A stretch of 64,000 bases of DNA from an uncultured delta proteobacterium (GCA_963711835.1 CAVQFQ010000016.1:64001-128000), one strand, 5' to 3'. Counted from the first letter of the stretch, positions 21,718 through 31,927 are shown. Made by a program: numbers and translations. Notes: a model not told the origin generated them from the letters alone.

Positions 21718-22371
21718 CTATTTCTTATCCGTCAAAGTCTGGACCCTGAAATCCGAATTTCGGAAGAGATCCTTCAGGGTTTTATCCAGAAGGTTGTTCA
21801 GGACTTCCTGACTTTGCGAAGAAAAGTTTTCCGGGGTGAAAGGGACCCGAACCTCGCGATGACCGATCTTTTTGCTCCAGGCCAGATCGCCATGAGGGGG
21901 TCTTATCAGGTACGCCTCAATCTCAACATCGGCCAGAAACCGGCCCACTTGCTGGATAAAGAAATGAGAAATGGTCCCCCCGACTAAAAAATCCACCTGA
22001 AGGTGGGGTATCTTTCTTAGCAGGGTCTTGACGTCATGTTTTCCGATTTGAATGGTGTAAATTTCATCGCTGCTGAGCTGATAGCCATAGGCCTCCATCT
22101 CCTTTTTGACACTGCGGGTAACGAATTGGGAAATGGTGGTCGGGCTATAGAGCTTGGTCCCGTAAAGCGAGGCCTGCCCCACCCAATAGGCATTTTCCTG
22201 ACCGTTCCAGGTGGCATCCTCAAAGGGGATAACCGCAATTTTTATGGGTGCGGAGGTGAGGGGAGGGGCCTTGGAAGGCGCATAAGCCAGTTCCAAGGTC
22301 TGTGTGGTAGTACAACCCCACAGGAACAAACAAAAGAGTGCCGCGAAAATTACCCTGGTTCGTGCCGTCAT
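21718..22371 (-). CDS. Lipoprotein
   Basis: Signal peptide with lipobox LWGC; KIAVIPFED. Confidence 0.75.
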   Translation of the reverse strand: MTARTRVIFAALFCLFLWGCTTTQTLELAYAPSKAPPLTSAPIKIAVIPFEDATWNGQENAYWVGQASLYGTKLYSPTTISQFVTRSVKKEMEAYGYQLSSDEIYTIQIGKHDVKTLLRKIPHLQVDFLVGGTISHFFIQQVGRFLADVEIEAYLIRPPHGDLAWSKKIGHREVRVPFTPENFSSQSQEVLNNLLDKTLKDLFRNSDFRVQTLTDKK

Positions 22372-23736
22372 TTATGCCTCCTTTTTTTGATAATGCTTTT
22401 CCCAGGCCGCATCGGCCAATTCCCCATAACGCGCGGCAAACTGATCGATCTCCGGGGCCAGATCGGAAAAGATAGTTTCCGCGCCGGGATGGGTAAAATG
22501 GGCCCCGGTTTCATAGGCCATCCTTCTACCCATATCAGGCCGGTCCACCAGCATGCAGGGCCGGAGCAGGTTTTTCTGTAAAGGCTGCTCGGTCCGGATG
22601 GCCTTAAATAGAGGAGAATTTAAGGCCTCCCGAAGGGGGGTCTCTTTGATATTGTGCATGGCAATATGGCAAAAAACGCAGGGCTCCACGTCCCCCTGGG
22701 CATTGATATGAAAATATTTTCGAGCGCCGGAAATGCAGCCGCCGACCACCGGGCCGTCATTCCAGAAATCGGCTACCAGAATCGGCCGGGTGGCCCTGAT
22801 TTGGGCCACCCGCTCCCGAAGGGCGTCCCGTTGCTCCGGGGTGGGCATAAGCTGGATGTTGGGTTCCCTGCCGATGGGCAGATACATGAAGAACCAGCCC
22901 AATAGGCAACCCTGATCAATAAGAAAGTCCATAAATGGTTCGCTGGTGATGGTATCATGATTCAGCCGGGTCTGGGTAGCGGAAAAGCCGAAAATAATCC
23001 CGGCTTCTTTTAAGCTTTTCATGGCCTGGAGGACCCGCTCAAAATGGCCTGCGCCCCGTCGTTTGTCCGTTTCTTCCTGGAACCCTTCCAGACTGATGGA
23101 TGGGAGTATATTGCCGCATCGGGCGATCCGCTCCGCCAGGCGCTGGTCGATGAGGCCGCCATGGGTATAGACATGAAAAATCATGTCATGGTGTTGCTCA
23201 AAGATGTCAAAAATATCCTGCTTGAAAAAAGGTTCGCCTCCGGAGACCACGCAGGCATAAATACCCATTTCATTGGCCTGATCCAAGGCCTGGTGGATGA
23301 TTTTAGTGGGTAATTCTGCCCCCTTATCATAACTCCCGGCATAACAACCGAAACATTTCAGATTGCATTTCATGGTCGGGCTTATGACCAGAAACCCGGG
23401 CGGATAAAAACCTCCCTCCAGTTCTGAAAAGGCCTTCCTTTTGTTGGTCCCTTCCAATAACTGGTTGATGATCAGGGTCTGGATGATGGTCTTGCGATGA
23501 TGGGGATTGGTTCGATAAAGGATTTTCTTGGTTACTTCCAGGCAGGGGTGGTTTTGATCGAAAAGGTCCCGGATCCAATTGATCCAGTCGATGTAATAAT
23601 CCTTTCTGACCAACAGAGCAGCCAGGCGGGCGATCTGGGTGTAGGTCCAGCGAAATTTTTTTTCATCAGTGGTCCGGGATAAAGCCGCCAGTAAGAGATT
23701 GATGCTGTTGGCAATGGCTTGGTTTCTTAGCGACAT
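22372..23736 (-). CDS. Radical SAM/SPASM domain protein
   Basis: CNLKCFGC, SGGEPF, GCISGARKYFHINAQGDVEPCVF. Confidence 0.9.
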   Translation of the reverse strand: MSLRNQAIANSINLLLAALSRTTDEKKFRWTYTQIARLAALLVRKDYYIDWINWIRDLFDQNHPCLEVTKKILYRTNPHHRKTIIQTLIINQLLEGTNKRKAFSELEGGFYPPGFLVISPTMKCNLKCFGCYAGSYDKGAELPTKIIHQALDQANEMGIYACVVSGGEPFFKQDIFDIFEQHHDMIFHVYTHGGLIDQRLAERIARCGNILPSISLEGFQEETDKRRGAGHFERVLQAMKSLKEAGIIFGFSATQTRLNHDTITSEPFMDFLIDQGCLLGWFFMYLPIGREPNIQLMPTPEQRDALRERVAQIRATRPILVADFWNDGPVVGGCISGARKYFHINAQGDVEPCVFCHIAMHNIKETPLREALNSPLFKAIRTEQPLQKNLLRPCMLVDRPDMGRRMAYETGAHFTHPGAETIFSDLAPEIDQFAARYGELADAAWEKHYQKKEA

Positions 23737-23744
23737 TGGTTATA

Positions 23745-24224
23745 TTATACCGCCTTCCATAAATAGGCCAGGGTTTCACCCAGGCCAAGCAAAAGAAAAC
23801 AACCGACCAAGGACCCGGTTATTAAGATCAGATAAGAAATCTTCTTGGGTATTTTCAGGGAAAAGGCCATCAATACCCCGCTCCACATCCCGCCCCCCTT
23901 TACCGGCATGACCGTGATCAGAAAGACCCCCAGGCCTTTCCAGGCCGACCAGGCCCGCCAGGCCCAGGATTGTTGTCTTCCCACCCCTTTTTGAGTCAGC
24001 CACCGGTTCAATCGGGAAAAACCCGGGAAGCGCACGGCTCCTTCATAGAGCCGATAAAAAAGAGGGATTTGTAACCCATCCAACAAAACGATCAGGGGTA
24101 AAAAAAATAAAAGATTTTGTCCCAGCCACTGGGCACTTAGGATAGCCGCGGTCCGGCCTCCTAAGACATAAAGGCCGAAAAAATAAAACAGATAGGTTTG
24201 CTTAATCCATTCCAGCCATTCCAT
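23745..24224 (-). CDS. Small membrane protein (putative small multidrug export family)
   Basis: TM helices; GVFLITVMPVKGGGMWSG resembles that family's LPxxGxWxG motif. Confidence 0.6.
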   Translation of the reverse strand: MEWLEWIKQTYLFYFFGLYVLGGRTAAILSAQWLGQNLLFFLPLIVLLDGLQIPLFYRLYEGAVRFPGFSRLNRWLTQKGVGRQQSWAWRAWSAWKGLGVFLITVMPVKGGGMWSGVLMAFSLKIPKKISYLILITGSLVGCFLLLGLGETLAYLWKAV

Positions 24225-24415
24225 AAAGGTTTTTGTTGAAGAGGCCTGCGCTCCTGCTTAATCCTATTCTGTTATAACCTAACCGTCCTAACCATCCATA
24301 ATCATACTGACTTTACCCAGGCAGCCCCTCCGGTTATAACCATTTATGAGACTGTAAGTAAGATGGTTTAAGTTTAATTTATAGCCGTCTCTTTTGCAAT
24401 AAGATTTATCAGGGC

Positions 24416-25606
24416 TTAGGTCCTCTGGATCCGCTCGTGGAGAAGCCGCCGCATGTCCTGATCATATAATAAGGTGATCAGGGTCAGCAGGCGCCCCAGG
24501 ACCGGGAGAGGGTCCCCAGATTGGTAAAAATCATGAGCCGTATTTTTATCAAAAAACCGAAAAAAGGAGGGCTTCATTCGAAAACGTTCAGGATTTTGAA
24601 TAAAATGAAGTAAATCCCCGGGCAGAATCCAGCGGCAGCGCTTTCCTAAATCATAGCCTTCCATTTTCTCGATCGGCTGTTCCAAGGCCATTTGAAACAA
24701 AAGATAAGGGAAGTCCACCCCGGCATAAACGGCCAGGGGCAATGAACCCCAAAACCGGGGGTTGATCTCCATCAACTTGGGTCTCCCATCCCTGGGATCA
24801 TAACGAAATTCCACCATGGCCACCCCAAACCAGCCCAAGGCTCTTAAAAGAGATTCCCCTAACCGGTGTACTTCCGGGTCGTAACTACTTTCCCGCAAGG
24901 TGCTCGGCCCGCCTTTGACAGGATATTCCCGGATGCGTTTATGGATAAAATAGGCCAGCGGCTCCTGGTCCGGCCCAAATAGGAATGAGGCCCCGAGGGC
25001 CTGCCCTCCCGGGGGTATGAATTCTTGAATCAGCGGTAAGGGATATTTCCGATGGACCTTCTGGTAGGCCGGCCAGAAGTCTTTTTGATCATAGACATAG
25101 ACGATTCCAGTGGAACCGGAGCCGATGCGGGGTTTGATAACGGCCGGAATCGGAACCTCCGGAAAAAGGTCCGGGACCGCGTCCAGGCTTTCCGGGAAAA
25201 GGGTCTTGGGAATGGGGATTCCGATTTTCAGGGCCAGCCGAAGAACCTCGTCTTTGCGGCGGGCCTGATCCAGGGCGGAAAAACCGGTGAAGGGAATCCG
25301 GGTATGGGGTTCCAGAAGAGAGCGATGCCGGGCGATGAGGAGAGTAGTCTGTTCTTCCATAGGGATCAGGACCTCGTAAGCCCGGCTTTTTACTTCCTTG
25401 ATCAGGGCTTCCAGAAAGGCCTCGGGATGGAAATAGGGGGAAGGATAGACCCATCTCCGGGAACAATACCGTGAGAAAAAGGAAGTGGCGATGGGAGTAC
25501 TTTCCCCGACCGTTACCCGGATGCCCCTCCTGCCCAGAGAACGGGTTGCGGCCAGGGTCTTGGCCCAATGGCCATCCGTCAATAAGACACGGGTTTTATT
25601 TCTCAT
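24416..25606 (-). CDS. ATP-grasp domain protein (carboxylate-amine ligase)
   Basis: VIKPRIGSGS, LIQEFIP, MVEFRYDPRDG, LMEINPRFWGS. Confidence 0.88.
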   Translation of the reverse strand: MRNKTRVLLTDGHWAKTLAATRSLGRRGIRVTVGESTPIATSFFSRYCSRRWVYPSPYFHPEAFLEALIKEVKSRAYEVLIPMEEQTTLLIARHRSLLEPHTRIPFTGFSALDQARRKDEVLRLALKIGIPIPKTLFPESLDAVPDLFPEVPIPAVIKPRIGSGSTGIVYVYDQKDFWPAYQKVHRKYPLPLIQEFIPPGGQALGASFLFGPDQEPLAYFIHKRIREYPVKGGPSTLRESSYDPEVHRLGESLLRALGWFGVAMVEFRYDPRDGRPKLMEINPRFWGSLPLAVYAGVDFPYLLFQMALEQPIEKMEGYDLGKRCRWILPGDLLHFIQNPERFRMKPSFFRFFDKNTAHDFYQSGDPLPVLGRLLTLITLLYDQDMRRLLHERIQRT

Positions 25607-25678
25607 TTTTTAAAGTAAGGCCTATTTTTCAGGCCAATTAACCCTTGAGGATCAATCTAAACTGTGTTAAGTACTAAC

Positions 25679-25821
25679 TAGTTCTCATCCGGACAAGATA
25701 TTTTCGGCTGAGAGCTGTCAGCGATCAGCTTTTAGCCATCTGCAAAAAATCTTAAAAATAATGGTTTAAGCTGACGGCTGAACGCTCCATTCGGAAATCG
25801 GAGATTCCCGGATGGACACTG
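25679..25821. mobile_element. MITE (143 bp) with 6-bp target duplication
   Basis: ACTAAC at 25673-25678 and 25822-25827; imperfect TIRs tagttctcatccgga / cccggatggacactg; internal GCTGA heptamer-type repeats. Confidence 0.65.
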
Positions 25822-25864
25822 ACTAACTTAACACAAAAGCGCCTGAAGGTTAAAAAGGATTTTA

Positions 25865-26650
25865 TTGACCAACGAACTTAAAGGCCTGCTCTACCCCTAT
25901 TTTGCCCCGGAAGAATTTAAGGATCGAACCGCTATCGTGACCGGGGGGTCTCGGGGGATTGGAAAGGCCGTTTCTTTGGCCTTATCCTTCCTGGGGGCCA
26001 ACCTGATAGTGGTTTTTCGGGAAGACCGTCAAGCCGCCCTTTCTCTGAAAGAGACCCTTGCCGATCAAGGGGGAGCCTGTACCCTGATACAGGGAGATGT
26101 CTCCTCACGGGAAACCTGGTTGGAACTGGTCAGGCAGGCCTTGAATCAATGGGGAAGAATCGACATCCTGATTAATAATGCCGCCCTGCTCAAAGACCGG
26201 TTGTTTCTTTTTCTCCAGGAAAATGACTGGGACCGGGTGCTGGAAATAAATTTAAAAAGCCTTTACCATGGCTGTCAGGCCGTTATCAAGACCATGATCG
26301 GGCAGCGGTTCGGCCGGATTATTAATCTGACTTCTCCCAGCGCCCTGCTGGGGCGGGCCGGTCAGACCAATTATGCGGCCTCCAAGGGCGGGGTGATCAG
26401 TTTTTCCAAATCCCTGGCCCGGGAAGTGGCCCGGGCAGGAATAACGGTCAACTGTGTCTCCCCCGGGGTGATCCGAACCGATTTATTCCAGCGACTCCCT
26501 GAAAAAACGCAACAGGAATTAATTTCCCGGATCCCGGGAGGCCGGACGGGAAAACCGGAGGAAGTGGCCGGGATTATTTTGTTCCTGGCTTCCCAGCGGT
26601 CAAGCTACCTGACCGGCCAGGTTATTGCTGTAGATGGAGGATTGACATAA
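25865..26650 (+). CDS. fabG: 3-oxoacyl-ACP reductase
   Basis: TGGSRGIG, NNA, YAASK, VDGG. Confidence 0.85.
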   Translation: MTNELKGLLYPYFAPEEFKDRTAIVTGGSRGIGKAVSLALSFLGANLIVVFREDRQAALSLKETLADQGGACTLIQGDVSSRETWLELVRQALNQWGRIDILINNAALLKDRLFLFLQENDWDRVLEINLKSLYHGCQAVIKTMIGQRFGRIINLTSPSALLGRAGQTNYAASKGGVISFSKSLAREVARAGITVNCVSPGVIRTDLFQRLPEKTQQELISRIPGGRTGKPEEVAGIILFLASQRSSYLTGQVIAVDGGLT

Positions 26651-26655
26651 AAGAC

Positions 26656-26955
26656 ATGATGGAAACCAAAACACCGGACTGGAGTAAGGATACGCCCGGA
26701 CTGATAGTCTTTCTTAAGAAGATAATCATCGAATCCCTCAAACTGGAAGACCTTGATCCCGAGGAGATCAAGGAAGAGGACCCCCTTTTCGGTGAGGGAC
26801 TCGGGTTGGATTCCCTGGACGCCCTGGAGCTGGTGGTGGCTGTTGAGAAATATTTTGGAGTAGTCATCGAGAATGAAGACCAGGGCAAAGAGGCCTTCGT
26901 CTCCATAGTCGGCTTAGCCCGGTATATTCAGCGGGAAGCGGCCGGCCGACCATGA
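26656..26955 (+). CDS. Acyl carrier protein
   Basis: PLFGEGLGLDSLDALELVV phosphopantetheine site, typical of secondary (aryl-polyene/DAR-like) ACPs. Confidence 0.9.
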   Translation: MMETKTPDWSKDTPGLIVFLKKIIIESLKLEDLDPEEIKEEDPLFGEGLGLDSLDALELVVAVEKYFGVVIENEDQGKEAFVSIVGLARYIQREAAGRP

Positions 26956-27380
26956 ACTGGGTGGAAACCGAGGTTAAGGTCCGTTTCGAGGAAGTAGATC
27001 TCTGGCAGATAGTCTGGTACGGCCATTACCTCTCTTACTTTGAAGTGGCCCGGATGACCCTTCTGGAAAAATTCGGCCTCCTGATAGAAAAGGTGGCCAT
27101 GTTGGGCTTCAGGACCCCCCTGGTCACCTTGAAGTGCCAATTCAAAAATTCGGCCCGCTTCAACGATACCCTTCGGGTCAAGGCGGCGGTCCTGCCTTCT
27201 GAAACGGCCTCCCTGACCTTCCTTTTTGAAATTCATCGGCCTTCCGATCAGACGCTGATCGCCCAGGGGGAAACCACTCATGTCCTTCAGGATAAGGATG
27301 GCAAAATGATTTATAAGTTCAGCGGGGCCTTGAGGGAAAAAATAGAAGCTATGGTGGCCTATTGCAATTCCCCCGGCTAA
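26952..27380 (+). CDS. Acyl-CoA/ACP thioesterase (4HBT/YbgC hotdog fold)
   Basis: VRFEEVDLWQIVWYGHYLSYFEVAR. Confidence 0.88.
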   Translation: MNWVETEVKVRFEEVDLWQIVWYGHYLSYFEVARMTLLEKFGLLIEKVAMLGFRTPLVTLKCQFKNSARFNDTLRVKAAVLPSETASLTFLFEIHRPSDQTLIAQGETTHVLQDKDGKMIYKFSGALREKIEAMVAYCNSPG

Positions 27381-27392
27381 GGCAGGTGTCGC

Positions 27393-28646
27393 TTGCCCCC
27401 TCTTTTACCTCTGCTCCGCCTCTCCCTCTCCCAGTTATCCTATTATAAAAGCCGCTACCTGATCATGGGTCTGCTGCTGGTTTCAGGGTCTTTGATCCTC
27501 TTCCTTTCATTGAGCTATCTTGTTTCCGTCCAGGCTTCCATCCGGGAAGGGCTGGTTTCCAGACTGACCGGGCACCTGCAACTTTATAACCCGGCGGTTA
27601 AAGAGGTATCTTTCTATCAGGATCCAACGGGGCAGATCCCCTGGATTCAGGACCCGGAAGCGCTGGAAAGGATCCTTACAGCGGTCCCGGGGTTGGCCGG
27701 TTTCACCAAAAGGATCCTGGTCGGCGGCCTGCTCCAGAAAGGGGACCGGTCCATGGGGGCCTTAGTGGCCGGAATGGAGATGAATAAAGAGATCGCCCTC
27801 AGGGGGAAAATTTCTCCTCTTTCCCTTTCGGGGATGATCTCCATCCGGGAAGGGGAGGTCTTGCTCGGAAAAGGGGTAGCCAAGGTTTTACGGGTGGCCC
27901 CAGGCGAAAAGATCCCTCTGCTGGTCCCCAATGAATCCGGCTTTATCAGCGGCCGGCGATTTCTGGTCAGGGGTTTATTCAGCACCCCGGGTCTGGATCC
28001 CGTTGCCGAACTCTTTGTTTACCTGAACTTGTCGGATCTCCAGCATTTATTAGGTCTGGAAAAGGAAGTGGGCCATTTCGTCCTTTTTGCCGAAAAGGAA
28101 ACCCGGATAAATTCCCTGACGGCTTCTCTGGCCCATCGCTTTAAAGCGCTTCACCTGCCGGTCAGCCTCTTTACCTGGGACGAGATCGGGAAACCTTTCT
28201 TAGGGATTTTAAGTCTGAGCCAAATTTTTTTCGGCCTGACCAACCTTCTTATCCTGATTATCATCGCCCTCACGGTTGTCAATTCCACCCTGATGAACCT
28301 CTTTGAAAGGATGCCGGAACTGGGCACCCTCTTAACTCTGGGGACGAAAAGAAGCCAGCTTTTTATTTTTCTCGGGGGCGAAATTATTCTCTTTGGATCA
28401 GCAGCCGCCGTGGCGGGTTTGTTTCTGGGATGGATTTTGAGCACGATCCTGGGGCAATGGGGACTTCCAGCCCTGAATCCGGCCATGGCCATGGCTTTCG
28501 GCCAGGAACGATTATACTTCAAAACCAATATCTGGGTCTGGCTCTTGTCTTTTGGGGCTTCCTTTCTGTTTTTAGTGCTCTCGGTCGGGGTCCCGATAAG
28601 CCGGGCCTGCCGTCTGAATCCGGCCGAGGTCTTAAAAGAGAGATGA
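27393..28646 (+). CDS. ABC permease, FtsX/LolE family
   Basis: TGHLQL, MNLFERMPELGTLLTLG, LNPAEVLK. Confidence 0.85.
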   Translation: MPPLLPLLRLSLSQLSYYKSRYLIMGLLLVSGSLILFLSLSYLVSVQASIREGLVSRLTGHLQLYNPAVKEVSFYQDPTGQIPWIQDPEALERILTAVPGLAGFTKRILVGGLLQKGDRSMGALVAGMEMNKEIALRGKISPLSLSGMISIREGEVLLGKGVAKVLRVAPGEKIPLLVPNESGFISGRRFLVRGLFSTPGLDPVAELFVYLNLSDLQHLLGLEKEVGHFVLFAEKETRINSLTASLAHRFKALHLPVSLFTWDEIGKPFLGILSLSQIFFGLTNLLILIIIALTVVNSTLMNLFERMPELGTLLTLGTKRSQLFIFLGGEIILFGSAAAVAGLFLGWILSTILGQWGLPALNPAMAMAFGQERLYFKTNIWVWLLSFGASFLFLVLSVGVPISRACRLNPAEVLKER

Positions 28647-29881
28647 AGGCCTTTCTTTTTACAAAAATGGCCTGGAATAATCTCCGGCGATACCGGCGAC
28701 GGACGATCCTGGTGGGGTTGACCATCCTGCTCTCATCGGCGGTCTTAATTTTTAACAACTCGCTCGGAAACGGCATAGAGGAACAGTTGATCCAGAACAT
28801 GGTTTATATCCAGACCGGGCATATTGTTTTGACCCCCCAAGCCGACAGCCGGGACCCGGCCACGGAGACGGTCCGCTGGCAACCTTTACCCCCCGGGCTT
28901 AGCACCTTCCTGGCCTCCGATCCCCGTCTGCGCGGCATCCATCCCCGCTTGGAATCGGCGGCCCTTTTGACCGCCAACAATCAAACCATTACCCGGGCTT
29001 TTTTGGTAGGATTTGATCCTCGGGAAGAAGCGGCCTTCTTAAAGACCAGGCTTCCTATTTTACAGGGAAGCCCCTTTTTGAGTTCGGCCTCCAAGGCGAT
29101 CTTCCTTAGCCAGGAATATGCCCGGCGCCTGAAGGTCGGCCTAGGCGATCCGGTAACCCTGACCATCCATAATCCCCGGGGAGAAACCCGGATGAAGGAT
29201 TTTCAGCTTGGCGGCCTATTCAGGAAAGCCAATCCCTGGCAGGAGTTTTTTGTTTTCGCCCCCCTGGATGAGGTTCAGGATCTTTTCGGAACACCGAACC
29301 AGATCAGTTCGGTCCGTCTGATTCTGCATAAGGTCCCGGATGTGACTCGGGTCAGAAACGATCTCCAGGCTTTTATTACTAAGTGGCAGTTGCCCTGGAC
29401 GGTCAAAGGTTTTCAGGAAGTGGGGGGGTTCTCTTTGGGTATCATCCAGGCCAATAATTTTTCGATTGTCTTGATGGACAGCCTTCTTCTCCTGATAACC
29501 GCCATAGGCATCAGTCTGCTGATCCTTTTATCGCTTCAGCTCCGAGTTAAGGAGATGCGTATACTTTCTTTGCTGGGGACGCCGCCGGGATGGCTTCTTT
29601 TCAGCGTAATCCAGGAGGCCCTTTTGTTGGGGCTGCTTTTCGGGGGCCTGGGATTGGTCATGGGTTGGGGCCTGGCCTGGTATTTTCAAAACACCGGAAT
29701 CCGGATCACCTCCCTTCCCATTACTTACCTTCTGGGTGGGGATAGCCTGAGGCCCCTGATCCGCCTCCAGGGTATGGGAAAGGTTTTTTCCCTCCTCCTG
29801 GGGATCTGTTTTTTTTCCGCCCTGCTGCCCATGATCAACCTCCTCTGGGCCTCCTCTAAAAAAAGGGCCCGATCTGTTTAA
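28643..29881 (+). CDS. ABC permease, FtsX/LolE family
   Basis: KMAWNNLRRYRRRT, QTGHI, RVKEMRILSLLG. ATG overlaps the previous stop. Confidence 0.85.
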   Translation: MKAFLFTKMAWNNLRRYRRRTILVGLTILLSSAVLIFNNSLGNGIEEQLIQNMVYIQTGHIVLTPQADSRDPATETVRWQPLPPGLSTFLASDPRLRGIHPRLESAALLTANNQTITRAFLVGFDPREEAAFLKTRLPILQGSPFLSSASKAIFLSQEYARRLKVGLGDPVTLTIHNPRGETRMKDFQLGGLFRKANPWQEFFVFAPLDEVQDLFGTPNQISSVRLILHKVPDVTRVRNDLQAFITKWQLPWTVKGFQEVGGFSLGIIQANNFSIVLMDSLLLLITAIGISLLILLSLQLRVKEMRILSLLGTPPGWLLFSVIQEALLLGLLFGGLGLVMGWGLAWYFQNTGIRITSLPITYLLGGDSLRPLIRLQGMGKVFSLLLGICFFSALLPMINLLWASSKKRARSV

Positions 29882-29885
29882 GGAG

Positions 29886-30647
29886 ATGACCATGTTCAAA
29901 AAAAGGAAAAGCCCTGCCTGGGTTCGGTTTGCTTTAGGCCTCCCTGGATTGGTCTTGTTCCTATTTATGGCTGCCACAACCGTTATGGGAGAGGAAGTTT
30001 TGACCAATCCGGAATCCTTGCTGAACCGGTTTAAGCCTCTCGTGGCCCCCGAGACCTTTAAGGCCGTCCTTCATCTGGAGATTCAGAGACCGGATCGGCC
30101 TTTAAAAAAATATGAACTGGTCGTATGGCAGAAATCGCCGGACCTGGTCAAGATCGTCTTCCAGGCGCCGGCCTCAGAAAAGGGTAAATTTTTGCTCAAA
30201 AAAAAGGACCAGGTTTTTTTATCCCTGCCCGACCTGGAGGAGACCATCTTATTATCCCCGGCCCAGCTCAGCGGCTGGAACTTCTTTTTTGCCGAGAACC
30301 TTTTCCCCTTTTATTTTACCAGGGAGATTCTCTGGGGGGAAAGCCGCCATACGCCGGAGTCCCTGATTCTATCCATAATTCGCAAAACCGACCGCTCCCT
30401 TTGGGTGGAAGCCGCCCTTCTTAAACCGCAGGGCCCCTTAACCGGAGTCACTCTTTATGAACCCTCGGGTAAAAAAATCCGAACCGTGTCCCTGACCTGG
30501 GATTCTTCCGCGGGAAGCGAAAGGCTCAAGGCCCTGAGCATAGAAAATTTTTACCCGGACTCTTATCGAGCCAAAATAGGGATCGAAGATCTCCGCACCA
30601 GGCCCGTATTTCCGGACCGGTTTTTTGAATTAGGGACAAAGCCGTAA
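29886..30647 (+). CDS. Outer membrane lipoprotein-sorting (LolA-like) protein
   Basis: Signal peptide, FQAPASEKGKFLL, FPDRFF end; follows two LolE-like permeases. Confidence 0.7.
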   Translation: MTMFKKRKSPAWVRFALGLPGLVLFLFMAATTVMGEEVLTNPESLLNRFKPLVAPETFKAVLHLEIQRPDRPLKKYELVVWQKSPDLVKIVFQAPASEKGKFLLKKKDQVFLSLPDLEETILLSPAQLSGWNFFFAENLFPFYFTREILWGESRHTPESLILSIIRKTDRSLWVEAALLKPQGPLTGVTLYEPSGKKIRTVSLTWDSSAGSERLKALSIENFYPDSYRAKIGIEDLRTRPVFPDRFFELGTKP

Positions 30648-30685
30648 CCCCTTCCCCCCTTTTCGGGGGAAGGTGGGGATGGGGG
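30647..30685. repeat. REP-like palindrome at the left edge of the RiPP-like cassette
   Basis: ccttccccc-ctttt-cgggggaagg-tggggatggggg. Confidence 0.55.
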
Positions 30686-30717
30686 CGGAGGAGCGGATAA
30701 GAAGTTCAGTCCCGGAT

Positions 30718-31569
30718 TCAGGATCCGGATGCGGAAACCAGAATCTCGTTTACCCAATCCATCATCCTTGGTGTAATCTCGTTGTAAACGACCTGGTAGG
30801 CGCGGATTTTTTTACTTAACGAAGTAATGAAGGGAAAGCCGTGGCCGGACAGGTTCCTGGCATTGACCAGCCGTTGAAGAAGCATGAAAGCCGCTTGGGC
30901 CTGGGAGAGAGGCTGGACCCGGAAGGGTTGGTCGGTCTGATATCGGGGAAAGATCAGGATCCGAGGGCGTGCCGACCGGCAGATCCCGCCACCCCGGAAC
31001 AATTCAGGGTCTATCCAGGTCTCACCGCTGAAGAAGGTCTCCGGCGCCTCTCGTCCCTCTGAAGCCACTTTCTCTTTCCAGGAAAGCCCCGAACCGCCTT
31101 TCAAAATGACGGGTCTGGGCAGACCGGATAACACCTCATCTTTTAGACGAACGGCTATGATTTCATCGGTCAGGTAATCAAAGCCCGAAGATACCAGTTG
31201 GGCGGTCAGGGTTGATTTTCCGCTGCCGCTGTCTCCGCAAAGGATGATCCCCTGTTTGTCCCTGGCCACCCCGCCGGCATGAAAAACCGCCTGGCCACAG
31301 GAATGGGCGATCAGACTGCCTACTGCTTCCTGCATCAATCTCCAGAACAACCGGTCGGCAGATAAATCGTGGCCTACCAGGATCTCCCCCTTCCAGAGCT
31401 CAAAGGTGTCGTCCATCTCTCTGTTGATGTGAAAAATAACCGCCGGGGAGACGGCCCGGGCCGGCAGGCAATGGCGAAAATGGCGGCCGAGCCGGCTCAG
31501 GATAACCGGATCCTGGCCTTCTATTTCCACACTTACCTCGCCGAACTGGAGGACCAGGGGGTCAGCCAT
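30718..31569 (-). CDS. HPr kinase-related Ser/Thr kinase
   Basis: FHAGGV, Walker A GDSGSGKST, YLTDE, IFPRY. Confidence 0.85.
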   Translation of the reverse strand: MADPLVLQFGEVSVEIEGQDPVILSRLGRHFRHCLPARAVSPAVIFHINREMDDTFELWKGEILVGHDLSADRLFWRLMQEAVGSLIAHSCGQAVFHAGGVARDKQGIILCGDSGSGKSTLTAQLVSSGFDYLTDEIIAVRLKDEVLSGLPRPVILKGGSGLSWKEKVASEGREAPETFFSGETWIDPELFRGGGICRSARPRILIFPRYQTDQPFRVQPLSQAQAAFMLLQRLVNARNLSGHGFPFITSLSKKIRAYQVVYNEITPRMMDWVNEILVSASGS

Positions 31570-31578
31570 GGTTTAGGA

Positions 31579-31851
31579 TCAATCCAGGACCAAGACCCTG
31601 GTTTCAACAAAAAGCTGCAGGGTCTCATTCACATCCTCTTTAATCTGCTCGGCGGACTCCGGATAGGCTTCGCTCAGGAGCTGCTTGATCTCAGCTACGG
31701 TTCGTTGACCGTCACAGAGTTTCCAGATCAAAGCGGCGCTGGGGTTGCTGTGCAGGACCTGGGTGCTGTCCGGATGAATAAGGACCAATTCGCCTTCCAT
31801 GATTTCGGCTTGGCAATCAGGAACAGGCCTGGGACGGGCGGTTTCCAGCAT
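31579..31851 (-). CDS. PqqD family protein (RiPP recognition element)
   Basis: EIMEGELVLI...NPSAALIWKLCDGQRTVAEI...DVNETLQLF. GAGGAGG RBS before ATG 31851. Confidence 0.92.
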   Translation of the reverse strand: MLETARPRPVPDCQAEIMEGELVLIHPDSTQVLHSNPSAALIWKLCDGQRTVAEIKQLLSEAYPESAEQIKEDVNETLQLFVETRVLVLD

Positions 31852-31894
31852 AGGTTCCTCCTCAGGGAGCATTCGGCCGTCAGCAGACAGCACG

Positions 31895-31927
31895 CATCCG
31901 GAAAAGATCTTTTCCGGATGGACACTA
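31895..31927. repeat. Perfect 26-bp palindrome / MITE-end remnant
   Basis: catccggaaaagatcttttccggatg followed by gacacta, the same end as the MITE at 25679-25821. Confidence 0.6.

Noticed and set aside
22372-23736. Radical SAM/SPASM protein as a RiPP maturase
   Set aside because: No adjacent precursor or RRE, 7 kb from the PqqD cassette, and it resembles a widespread stand-alone family.
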